Assembly: GCF_009914755.1 (NCBI RefSeq)
Contig: NC_060942.1
Source: the human T2T-CHM13v2.0 reference genome, Homo sapiens
Reading direction: 5' to 3' (one strand)
DNA length: 64,000 nucleotides
The stretch's first letter is position 1. Each line of letters starts with the position of its first letter. The notes under the pieces were generated by a model, which was not told the origin of the DNA, ran no database searches, and worked only from the letters and a program-made list of their open reading frames with translations. Positions 28,621 to 41,309 of this stretch are shown here, piece after piece. Position numbers and translations under genes: made by a program.

Positions 28621-28973
28621 CGATCAGCGCTCCAGGCCGCCCCCGCTCCGCCTTCTCCCAGTGCCTTTCCCTTTCTCTTGTAACCGATTTGCCAACCCAA
28701 CTCCTTTCCCTCTTTACCGGAGAGGGAAGGAGTGGAGACGAGTCAACGCCCCTTCGTACAGCAGTGAGGTTAGAACGTGAGGGGATCACAGACTTCGTCC
28801 ACCTTCGGGAGGACCGCAGGACCTCTTTCTTTCTTGCCACTTGGGATGATACAACCAGGACTCCATGCGATAACCCCATGTGGTTTGGTTGTGACTTCAG
28901 TATTGAGAAACCTCAACAAACTGTTAAGGAAGAAAGAACTTTTCCTAGTGTCTGAAAGTGGGGAAAATGACTA

Positions 28974-29230
<257 letters not shown>

Positions 29231-29561
29231 CAGTGGCACAAAATGTATTACCTACATTTTGTTTCTTCATCTGTGAATATACACTGTGAACTGAAATAGG
29301 CTTCAGAGGACAGTCGTGTCTTACACTATTCTCACCGTCTTCTTCAATGAAAACAAACACTGGACTATAAACTGAAGATGGTTAAAAAAAAAAAAACAGA
29401 ATCAGAATAAAGATTAGCATTCTCATCCAGAGAAATCATTTTTCCAGGCAACACTGAGAACAGGCAATTGCCTGCCAAGGTTAAATCAGCAAAGTCTATT
29501 ACTTTAAGAGGCAATTTAATTAGTAATCCTTTCTAAGAGGGGAAAACCAGCAAGTCCGTAC

Positions 29562-29634
29562 CTGGAATGTGGTCCTTTCAGCCAAAGATGAAAAAAAGGA
29601 AGCAATAACTAACAAACTGGTGGAAGGTCTTAAT
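29562..29634 (-). pseudogene. Relic exon 9 (73 nt, phase 1-2)
   Basis: Acceptor ctgcatatattaatttaag|, donor CAG|gtacgg. Reads D*DLPPVC*LLLPFFHLWLKGPHS. Confidence 0.55.
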
Positions 29635-29948
29635 CTTAAATTAATATATGCAGAAGCAGAGCTCTTTTTGTAATTAAAAAATGGATTCAAGAATGCACTC
29701 CACTTTCCCATCTCCCTCCATTAATTATTAAACTTTGGCTTGTTCTCAATACAATGTTAAATTATAAACCAAATGAATCATTTGCATGCCAGTAAATATG
29801 TATTCATGAGGGTTCACAATATGTAAATGTGCATATTAAAACAATAGCTAGATTTTTTTCTCATAAAATAAAACTTTACCTACTAGAAATCTCATTATTG
29901 ACAAGTTTCTCTTAATTAGAACTCACTGATAATTGCTAAACCCCTGTT

Positions 29949-30873
29949 GTGGCAGGCAGAATTCTAAAATGGACGCCCATGACCCTACCCCTTGGTATAC
30001 ACACCTGCATAATCCTTAGGACTTTAAATTTGGTGGATTTCATTTTCCTGATTAGTTTGTTACCTGACACAATTGACTTGAAAAAGGGAGATTATCCAGG
30101 ATGGGTTGGCCTTTATTAGGTAAACCCTTAAAAGGGACTGACCTCTTCCTGGAGTCGGAGGTTTGAAGCATCAGAGGGATTTATCAAAGGGATATTCTCT
30201 ATTGTCACCTTTGAAGATTGACAAGACCCTATGGTAAGGAAGGCAGGCAGCCTCTAGCAGCCGACAATGATCCCAGGTGACGGCGAGCAAGGCAATGGGG
30301 ACCTCAGTCCTACAACTGCAAGAAACTGAATTCTACAAATAATCTGGATGTGCTTGGAAGAGAACACTGAACTCAAAATGAAAATATGTCCTGGTTGGGC
30401 ACGGTGGCTCATGCCTGTAATCCCAGCACTTTGGGAGGCCAAGGCAGGCAAATAACTTGAGGCCAGGAGTTCAAGACCAGCCTGGCCAACATGGTGAATC
30501 CCCGTCCCTACCAAAAATACAAAAAAATTAGCCAGGTATGGTGGCACGCACCTGTGGTCCCAGCTACTCAGGAGGCTGAGGTGGGAGGATTGCTTGAGCT
30601 TGGGAGGCAGACATTGCAGTGAGTCAAGATTGTGCCACTGCACTCTAGCCTGAGCACAGAGCAAGATCCTATCTTAAAAAAAAAAAAAAAAAAAGGAGAT
30701 TATGGATTATGTCCTGCCATCACCTTGATTTCAGCCTCGTGAGACCCTGAGCAGACAACCCAGGCAAGCTCACTTGGGCTACTTACTTAGAGAACCGTGA
30801 GGCTAATAAATGGACATTGTTTTAAACTGCTAGACTTACCATAATTTGTTACACAGCCAAAGAAAGCTAATAC
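29949..30873 (+). mobile_element. MLT1E-like MaLR LTR interrupted by an Alu
   Basis: tgtggcaggcagaattctaa start; ggagattatcc; ataatttgttacacagcc...ctaataca end. Confidence 0.8.
30393..30694 (+). mobile_element. AluJ-like SINE
   Basis: cttgaggccaggagttc and ggaggattgcttgag; flanking tatgtcct repeat. Confidence 0.9.
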
Positions 30874-31040
30874 ACATATTAACTTACTTCACATAAACAA
30901 AAGTGGGTATTTTGAAATTAAAAAATATAGGAGTATCTCAGTAAACCCAGTGCAGGATTGTGGCTGAAACTCAAATAGAACAGAAATCAGACACTGCAAA
31001 ATCAATACCAGACTTATCATCATAAACAAGAACCTAGTAG

Positions 31041-31575
31041 TGATGGGGTTTAGGACATGCTACCCTAAATTTTTTTAAGCTGAAGAAATTTTAGAAAATT
31101 GCAGAAGCAGGAAAGTCACTCTGACCTTCCTCTCCATCTGTCTCCCTGGAAGGTCATAAAACCTAGAAAGGATTTTCTTACCTTCCCCAGGCTCAGGTCA
31201 TAAGACCCGCATGTGGGAGGTGCCCTCATATACCTGGAGGAAAGGAGCATCCTTATCCCTTATTGCTGAAGACACAGGGACACAGAGAAGAATCCAACCA
31301 AACAGGCCTTGTTAAGTTTCCCCCAGTTTATTACCATTAGCTCATACCCTTTCTGTGTGTAATATTTTTCCACGACTATTCACTTTTCATCGAACCTACT
31401 AGAAAAATCACTCAGGTTTAACTGTTTTTTTGGATATTCCTTTCCTTGTGAAGGCTCCAGGGTCATGTAAAACTTCAGTGTGTATGCTTTTCTCTTGTTC
31501 ATATGTTTTTTCGTTATAGGGGCCTCAGCTATGAACCTAAATGTATAAAGGAAAGGACATTTTTCCTCCAGTACA
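31041..31575 (+). mobile_element. MER34-family ERV1 solo LTR
   Basis: tgatggggtttaggacatgctacc...ttttaagctgaag...aacaggccttgttaagtttccccc...taca; near-TSD gtag/atag. Confidence 0.8.
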
Positions 31576-32523
31576 ATAGTCAAGGTGATCTTATTAGCAA
31601 ATAGCAAACCAGATTTTCCACAAAAGCAGAACAAACATAAATATCCAATTTTTCTATAGCAACAATAAAAGACAGAATAAAGTGATATAATAATCATGCA
31701 GAGAGAAGACAATAATCAAATAATACATTTCCTACAAAACTATCATTCAGCAGCAGAGTTAAAAATATTTTCAAAGAAAAAAAAAACAAATTTTACCATT
31801 TGCCAGCCTACACTGAACAGTGTACTTTAGGAAGAAAGAAAATAGTAAAGACATTGGACAGACGTATAGTTAAATCTAAGAAAGCTTTCAGTATATGAAA
31901 CGTTCAGCCATACATTTGTCTTCCAAGTGTTCTTGGTTTTCTCTCCCTAACCATCTTTTATCCAATTAGTCCTTAGGACCTAAGCATGCTTATGTTTTAA
32001 TATATTTCCTGACAATGCTAGACCATTTCATGAATTAGATTTAACAATGACTATTCTATGCTCCTTTTAAAACTTACATCAGAATTATTTTCAGCCACTT
32101 TTAGGGTAACTAAATGTATATCACACCTGTCATGGAGAATGAGCTAAGATCTCTTACTAATAGTAATGTTTTATTAAGATAGAGCATAAGGGTCCACAGT
32201 AGGTAATTGGATCTGGTATCTAATTATATCTGAAAGAGTGACATGATATCAATTTTTCTAAATTAAAAATTATTGTCTTTGGCAGCCATTCTCCAAAATT
32301 CAATTTGCTTACGTCGAATTACTTCTTACAGTAACCAATTCATTTTTATTTTGTAACTGACACTGATATACAATGAGAAAGTAAGAAGTTCCAAATGAGT
32401 ATTACTGGTATTTCCGTATAATGGCCTATTTTTTAAAATATTTCAAATCAGACCATTTTGCCTTTTCATAAATGGTATAGAATGTGGAGACCATCTTAAC
32501 CCCATTTATGTGCTAAAGATTAC

Positions 32524-32769
32524 CATTACAGCTTCCTAAAGCTAATGTTAAATGATCCTAAATGTTAAACGTTCCTACAGATATCCCTGTTGTCACCCTC
32601 CAGGCCAGTGTGCCTCAAGTTTTGTCATAAGCTTTAATTCATCCCATCTGGTTCTCATAAAGCATGTGGATCTGCTCTCAATCTGTATGCTTTCAGAATA
32701 CCTAGGCTCCAACACTTCATCAGAGAACACAGCCTCAGACTCTCTCTGGGCAGTTTTAATAAAGCTTGC
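32524..32769 (-). pseudogene. Relic exon 8 (246 nt)
   Basis: Acceptor attgtatcctttcag|, donor ATG|gtaatc. Frame ambiguous: phase 1 gives ...QIHMLYENQMG*IKAYDKT*GTLAWRVTTGISVGTFNI*DHLTLALGSCN with many stops; frame 0 is open for 58 codons. Confidence 0.6.
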
Positions 32770-32900
32770 CTGAAAGGATACAATTTACAGAATATACGTT
32801 GTTTTAAAGATGTAAAGTACTGTGCCTTTTGGACATGCTTTCAGCTCTTTTTCTGAATCAGATGAAACCAACGCCAGGTTATTGATTAAAACATTATTAC

Positions 32901-32959
32901 CTTACTGCATTATAGAGTCATTTTTACTGTGTTCCATCACTCTAATTTATCAAAGAGCA
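32901..32959 (-). pseudogene. Relic exon 7 (59 nt, phase 2-1)
   Basis: Acceptor tgtcttttcatatag|, donor AAG|gtaata. Reads AL**IRVMEHSKNDSIMQ*. Confidence 0.45.
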
Positions 32960-33935
32960 CTATATGAAAAAGACATATGAAACATACTACTACACTTTAA
33001 AAAGTTTCAGATGATATTGTCCACCATATCATTCAATGGTTCCATGCAAAATTCTATGTAAGAAACGAGTGTGTGTGTGTGCACACATGTGCATGGGCTA
33101 GTGTGAGGGAGGGGGTAGAGAGAGGGAAAAAACGAGAAAGGTTTAAGGAGGTTGAGTGCAAGGACAAATCAGACAGCAGTTGTTTAACCCAAGAAAATAG
33201 TGTAAATCACGTATAAATTGTGGCGCTTATGTCTTGTCTACCAGATGTTAAGCTTAATATAAGCAATTATGTTAACTCTTTGGTCCTGATTTTCTACTGA
33301 TACTTATGTTATATTAGTATTTCATTATATATTTTTGTTGTATTGGCCTTAAATTTTTTGTGAGAAGTGAGTTGTAGAAAAGTAAAAATAAAAGTGAATA
33401 TAAAGGGAATGCTAAATAAAGGTACAGCCTGTGAAATTCATGCCATTTAATAAGCTGTCAGTATTATTTCTGCACTGTTTGGGGAAAATTAAATTGTTAT
33501 TCTCTAAGACAGCCATGATGTTACCTGATTCATAACAGTCTTAGCACATTTAGATATTGCCTATAAGATAGCATTGTCTAAAACTGAATCTAGTGTCCTA
33601 GAATTGATCATGATTTTGGAAAGTAGCAGACTCAGAAGCTGTTACAGGCATGGCTTCTACATCTCTGACTCCTCATAGAAATAGATTTAAATCCTGTAGT
33701 GAAAAATTTTTCTGGTGGCTTAACCTTATTATCTATGCCAGAAATCCTATTTCAACTACCATGCACAACAGTCCTTTTAGTCAGCAAGCATCCTCCCATT
33801 TTGATAGTCTTCATTTCCTTTGACTTTTCTTTTTTTCCCCTTAATGGTAGGAACCTAGCATTCTGGTATAAAATTTTCTTTTTCTTTAACTGTCAAAACA
33901 AGTCAATAGAGAATACACTTGAACAGAGAGGCATA

Positions 33936-34011
33936 TAGATACATGTATATATATATATATAGATAGATAGATAGATACATGTGTATATATATATATGCGT
34001 GCATCTATTTA

Positions 34012-34052
<41 letters not shown>

Positions 34053-34090
34053 GCATGTGTGTCTATATATATTCACACACATACACATAT
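33936..34090. repeat. Compound microsatellite (TA)n-(GATA)n-(TA)n-(TC)n-(TA)n-(CA)n
   Basis: Seen directly. Confidence 0.9.
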
Positions 34091-34269
34091 CATGACTAGG
34101 TCTCCTGAATTGTCTTTCACTAAAAAACTACTAAGAGAAAATGAAGAAACACTTGTCTTTTCTCATGGCTATTTCTATAATCAATGAGCGTAATCACTTG
34201 CTAATTTCTAAGTTTATTCATTGGTGATTTACTTTTCCTGAAAAAGTTCTGAATAATAATTACAGTAGT

Positions 34270-34500
34270 TTTACTACCATTTATGTATTGAACACTGTCA
34301 CATGTCAGATTGTACACTTTCCTCTCCTCAAATCTATCTCTTGAAAAAATATATATTATCTTTCTTTTTCATAGCAACTGTGATTTGGAACAAGTTAAGT
34401 GACTTGTCCAGAGCCACACAGTTTGCAATGAGCAGAATTAAACTCAAACCAAACTGTGACTCAAATCAGTGCACTTCACAGTATGTTACTCAGCCTGTTT
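34270..34500 (-). mobile_element. MIR SINE
   Basis: ctaccatttatgtattgaacact...gttaagtgacttgtccagagccacacag. Confidence 0.7.
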
Positions 34501-35878
34501 TATAGGCATGCATAAAAAATCATCTTCAAATGACTAATTAAGCATGGTTTACTCCATTTTTCCTGTGAAACATGAGCCAAACAAAATGGTCATAATAATC
34601 ATGAGGGAGGTGGATGATGAATGTCATAAAGAACAATGTTTTCATTAGTTGGGATCCTGTCAAGAAATAGATGAAATGCTCAAGTGAGGTCACTGAGCAA
34701 AATCTAATAAAGACAGTGTTTACCAAATGTGACAAGGTTAAGGGAACCCTCAGGGGTGGTGTACTCTATAAGGCTACCAATAAATGAAAGCTGTCACCAC
34801 TCCTGGGCCTGAGAAAGCAAGGATGGACTCGGGCACATACAGAGCTTAGAAGTCACCACTTTACCCTAAAAAAAAAAACAAGTTTCTTACATACATTGCA
34901 GAAGTGAGGTCACAGGGTAAACCATGGCCCCTCAAATTGGAGAATGATAGGCAAATACGTCTTTAAACAAAAAGTTATGAAACATACAAAAAGTTAGGAG
35001 ACATACAAACAAAAGCAAAAAATTAAAAAAAATGGCAGTGTGAAAAGACAGCAAGCATCAGAACCAGACCAGGATAATGGCAGGGATGTTGGAATTATCA
35101 GACTATGAATTTAAAACAACTATGATTACTATGCTAAGGGCTTTAATTGAAGAGGTAGATAATGTGCAAGAACAGATGGTTAATATAAGCAGAGAGATGG
35201 AAATTCTTAAAAAAGAATTAAAAAGAAATGCTAGATATAAAAAACACTGTAACAAATAAAGATTGTCTTTGCTTGCTCAGTATTAGACTGAGCATGGCTG
35301 AGGAAAGAATCTCTGAGCTTGAATACATGTCTTTCAAATTTGAAAATCTGGGACAATAAAGACTAAAAAAAAAAAAAAAACAGAACCAACTATCCACAAA
35401 CTGTGGGACAACTACAAAAGGTGTAATATATTCATAATGAGAATACCAGAAGAAGAAGAGAGAAGGAACAGATATTTCAAGCAATAACGAGTGAGAATTT
35501 TCATAAATAAATGTCAGACACCAAACAATAGATCCAGAAAGCTCAGAGAACACTGAGCAAGATAAATGCCCCCAAAAAGCCAAATGTAGGCACATCATAT
35601 CCAAACTGCAAAGAAATGAAATTTTTTTTTTAATCATAAAAGAAGCAGAGGGAAGAAAGCACCTTACTTAGAAAGGAGCAGAGTTACAGCTGACTTCTCA
35701 AAACCCGTGTAAGCAAGAAAAGAGTAGACTGAGATACATGAAGTTTTGAAAGAAAGAAACCCACCAACCTAGAATTCTGTATCCTGCAAAATTATCCTTC
35801 AGAAGTGGGAAAATAATGACTTTCTCAGACAAATTAAAATTGAGGTAATTTGTTGCCGGTTGACCTGCCTTGCAAGAA

Positions 35879-36180
35879 TTTTTTTTTTTTTTTTTTGAAA
35901 CGGAGTCTCGCTCTGTCACGCAGGCTGGAGTGCAGTGGCGCGATCTTGGCTTCACTGCAAGCTCTGCCTCCCAGGTTCACGCCATTCTCCTGCCTCAGCC
36001 TCCTGAATAGCTGGGACTACAGGCGTCCGCCACCAGGCCCGGCTAATTTTTTTTGTATTTTTAGTAGAGGTGGGGTTGCACCATGTTAGCCAGGATGGTC
36101 TCGATCTCCTGACCTCGTGATCCACCCACCTCGGCCTCCCAGAGTGCTGGGATTACAGGCGTAAGTCATCAAGCCTGGCC
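35879..36180 (-). mobile_element. AluY
   Basis: ggttcacgccattctcc, gttagccaggatggtctcgatc; flanking caagaa. Confidence 0.93.
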
Positions 36181-36765
36181 AAGAAATTTTAAAAGAAGTT
36201 CTTCAGAGAGAAGAAAGATGATATATTTCAGAAGCAGATGTACATTTAAAAAATGAGCATCAGGGAATGAGTAAGTAAAGGTAAAATAAATATTTCTTTG
36301 TATTCTTAATTGGTCTAATAGATAACTGTTCAAAATTACAATAAAAGCAATGTATTGAATGATTTTACCATTTTGATAAATGAAAAAATGACAGCAATGT
36401 CATAAGTGTCAGGAGGGAAAAATTAGAAATAAATTACCTGCATTACCCATGAAGCAGTGCAGAATTTTTTGAAAGTACAGTTACATTAATTATAAAAGTA
36501 TACTGCAAATTCTAGTGCAACCACTAAAAAATTAAGAAATATATCTGATACCCTGAGAGAAGACAAAATGAAATCATATAAAATGCTCTATTAAAACCAG
36601 AAAAGGCAGAAACAGAGGGGAAGATTTAAAAAGACAAGCAACCAAGAAAACGTTCAACAATAGTAAAGTGTTGTAAATATGCTAGATATTCCCGCAACTA
36701 TATCAATAATCATTTCAACTATAAATGGTCTAAATCACCAATTAAAAAAGAATCTGACAGAGTGA

Positions 36766-37064
<299 letters not shown>

Positions 37065-37361
37065 CACATTCTTAATATAAGGACACAGATAGAATAAAAC
37101 TAAAAGTTGAAGAAAGATACACCATGCTAACACAAATTAAAAGAAAAATTGCCTGGCTTTATTAATGTCAAACAAAGCATACTCTATAATTAGGAATATT
37201 ATAAGATATAAAGATAGGAATTCCATAATGATAAAGGGGTAAATCTTCCAAAAAGACATAACAATTCTGAATATGCTTGCAACTTGATGTGTATCCACAT
37301 CAAAATACATAAGGCAAAAACTAATATAACTGCAAAGAGAAATAGAAAAACCACCATTATG

Positions 37362-38563
37362 TGGTCATGTGTCACATAAAGATTGAAATACATTCTGAGA
37401 AGCCCATCATTAGGCAATTTTGTCATAGTGCAAACGTCATCCCATGTACTTACCCAAACCTAGATGGTGTAGCCAACCACACATCCAGGCTACATGGTAT
37501 AGTCTATTGCTCCTAGGATGGAAACCTGTGTAGCATGTTACATTACTGAATAGTCTAGGCAATAGTAACAATGCTAAGTATTTGTGTATCTAAGTCTATC
37601 GAAATATAGAAAAGGTACAGTACAAATATGATATAAAAGATAAAAATGGTACACCTGTATAGGGAAACTTACTATGAAGGAGCTTGCAGGACTGGAAGTT
37701 GCTTTGGGTGAGTCAGTGAGTGAGTGGTGAGTGAATGTGAAGGCCCAGGCCATTACACTACTGTAGACTTTTAAGAACCATACACTTAGGCTACAATAAA
37801 TTTATTTTAAAAATATTTTCCTTCTTCAATAATAAATTAACCTTAGGGTATTATAACTTTTTAACTTTATTCATTTTGTAACTTTTTAAAAACTTTTTGA
37901 TTCTTTTGTAATAATAACATAAAACACAAACACATTGTCAGCTGTACAAAAATATATTCTATAATATATTTAATTTTCTATTTATTTAATTTTATTTCTA
38001 TTTCATTTTATTTTTTTCTATTTAATTTTATTTTTACTCTTCAAGTTAGAAAACAAAGACACAAATACACACATTAACCTAGGCCTATACAGGTTTAGGA
38101 TCATCAATATCACCTCTTCTACCTCCACATGTCATCCTACTAGAAGCTCTTCAGGGCAAAAATATGTATGGAGCTGTCATCTCCTACCATAACAATCCCT
38201 TCTTCCAAAATGGCTCCTGAAAGGCCTGCATTAAGCTGCTTCATAGTGAACTTCTTTTCTTCTTATAAGTAGAAGTATACTTTAGCAATAAATAGTATAA
38301 TACACACATACATCAGTGACATTTATTATCATTATCAAGTATGTACTATACATAATTGTACTTCTTGTACTTTTATAAGACTAGCAAGACAGTGGGTTTG
38401 TTTACACCAGCATCAACACTAACACGTGAGTAATGCGTCGCACTACAAGCTTATGATGGCTATGTCATCACTGGACATTTTCAGCTTCATTATACTCTTA
38501 TCAGACCACCACTGTATATGTGGTCCCAGGTTGTCCAAAACATTGTTACGTGCTGTCTGACTA
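37362..38563. mobile_element. Tigger3b/MER7-like TcMar-Tigger DNA transposon
   Basis: Degenerate terminal repeats (tggtcatgtgtcacataa ... ttacgtgctgtctgacta); internal aaacctagatggtgtagcc; L1 sequence resumes at TA 38564-65. Confidence 0.8.
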
Positions 38564-41309
38564 TAGTTGGAGACCTCAACACACTTCTAACAGTAATTGA
38601 GAGATCTAGCAACCAGAAATCAGTAAGGATACAGTTGAACTAAACAGTATAATCAATCAATTGAATCTAATTGACATTTATAGAATACTTCATCTAACAA
38701 CAGAAGACACATTATTGTCTAGCTTACATGGAACATTCACCAAGATAGACCACATTTCGAACCATGAAACATAGCTTAACAAGTCTAGGAGAATTAAAAT
38801 CATATGAAGTATGTTCTTAGATCATAATGAAATTAGACTAGAAATCAATAACAGAAAAAATGGTCAGAAAGTACCACATTATTTGGAAATTAAACAATAT
38901 ACTTCTAAATAATACACGGGTCAAAAAATTGGTCTCGAGAAATTTTGAAAATATTTTGAACCAAATGAAAATGAAAACATAACTTGTCAAAATCTGTGGG
39001 ATACAGTGAAAACAGTGCCTACGTTGAAATTTATAGCATGCAAAGCACAGAATAGAAAAATGAAAGATATTAGATAAATAAATAAAGTTTTCCCCTTAGG
39101 AAGCTGGAGAAAGAAGAGAAATATAAATACATAAAACAAGCAGAAGAAAAAATAATCATAATAATTGAAACAGAAATCAGTGAAATTTAAAATAAGAAAA
39201 TACTGGAGACAGTCAATGAACCCTAAAGCTCGTTCTTTTAAAAGGTCAATAAATTTGACAAACCTTTAACCAGGCTAACCAAGTAAAAAGAAGAGGAGAC
39301 ATAAATTATGAATATCAAAAATTAAACAGAGGCCATCACTACTGATGCCATGAACATTAAAAAATTATACAGGACAACTATAAGCAACTCTATACCCACA
39401 AATTTGATAACTTAGATAAAATGAATCAATTTCTTGAAAAACACAATTTACCAAAAATAGATAACCTGAGTAGGCTTATATTTATTAAATAAATTGAATC
39501 ACTAATTAATAATCTTCCAAATCAGTAAGCACCACATCAAGATGTTTTCACTGGTGAATTCTACCAAACATAAGAAAACATGATACCATTTTCTACAACC
39601 TCTTCAAGAAAACAGTAGCAGAGGCAACTCATTTTATGGGGACAGCATTACCTAGTACCCAACTGGACAAAGACATTATAAGAAAGGCAAATTATAGGCC
39701 AATATTTTTTACGAACATCAATGTAACACTCCTCCAATATATTAAGAAATTCAATCCAACAATTTTATAAAAAGAATTCCATGCTAATACCAAATGAGAT
39801 TTATTCCAGGTGTGTGAGATTGGTTTAACATTTGAAAATCAATTAATTCATCACACCAGCAGGCTGAAGAACAAAGTTATATGATCCTATCATTAGATGC
39901 AGAAAAATAACATTTGACAAAATCTAACACCTATTAATGATTTTTAAACTCTCAGCAAATTAGAAATAAAGGGAAACTTCCTCATCTTGATAAAGAAAAC
40001 CTACAATAACCTACATATAACATCATACTTAATTGTGAGAAGCTAGATGCTTTCCCCCCAAAATCAGGAGCAAGCCAAGAATGCCTCCTCCCACCACTAC
40101 AACTTCATCCTGGAATTCCTAACTCTTGCAAAAAATGGGTATAAGAGGTATGAACATTGCGAAGCATTAAATACAATCACCTTTGTTTGCAGATACTATG
40201 ATGGTCTATATAAAAAAATCCAAACAATGAATGAGAAAATTCCTGGAACTAATAAATTATTATAGCAAGGTTGCAAAAGACCAAATTAAAACACACACAC
40301 ACAAAATTGCTTCTCTATGTATCACCAATAAATGATTGGAATTTGAAGTAAAAAGTGCAACAACATCTACTTAAGCTTCCCCATAATTAAATACTTAGGT
40401 ATAAATCTAGCAAAGTATATACAAGAACTATGTGAGGAAAACTATAAAACTTTGATGAAACAAATAAAAAAATTTAAATAAATGGAGAGATATTATATGT
40501 CTGTGGATAAGAATATTCAAAACTGTAAAGATGAAAGTTCATTATGACTTGATCCTTGTTGTAGATATCAACAAACTATTCTAATATTTATGTGGAAAAG
40601 CAAGAGACTCAGAATGGCCAACAAAATACTGAAGAAGAAATAAGCCATATGACTGACGCCACCTGACTTTAAGACTAACTACAAAGCTACAGTAATCAAG
40701 ACCGTGGTATTAGTGAAAGAACAGACAAACAGAGCAATGGAACAGAAGACAGACTCCAGAGAAATATCAAAACAAATAGTCAGCAGGTCTTTGACAAAGA
40801 ACCAAAGGCAATTCAACTGAGAAAGGACAGTCTCTTCAAGAAATGGTCCCAGAACAATTGGACATCTCATGCAACAACAACAAAAAAATGAATTTAGACA
40901 AAGTTAACTAAAAATGAATCATAGACTTTAATGTAAAACACAGGCTACCTCAAAATAGATTATAGACCTAAATGTAAATCACAAACCTATAAAATAGGAG
41001 AAAATCTAGGTGACCTTAGATTTGGGTATGACTTTTTAGGTATACCAAAAGCACAATCCATGAAAGAAAAAAATGATAAGTTGTACTTCATTAAAATTAA
41101 AAACCCCTATTATTCAAAAGATGGTGATAAGGAAATGGAAAGACAAGTTACAGACTATGAGAAAATATTTTCAAAACACATATGTGATAAAAGATACAAA
41201 GAACTATCAAAATATGCTTTAAAACCCAACAATAAGAAAACAAGCAACTTTATCTTAAAAAATGTCCAAAAGATCTGAACAGATACTTTATGTACATATC
41301 TGATACCTG

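Larger units (their letters stand above)
27970..28830. promoter_or_regulatory. CpG island, probable promoter
   Basis: The only CpG-dense, GC-rich non-Alu stretch in the window. Contains a GC box (ggccgccccgc, about 28635), (GGC)5 at about 28530 and an X-box-like GTGTCCAGGCAAC at 28511-28523. Confidence 0.9.

Noticed and set aside
30254-30664. 136-aa minus ORF and other Alu-type ORFs (3996, 8040, 18540, 35850, 36762)
   Set aside because: Typical translations of Alu sequence.
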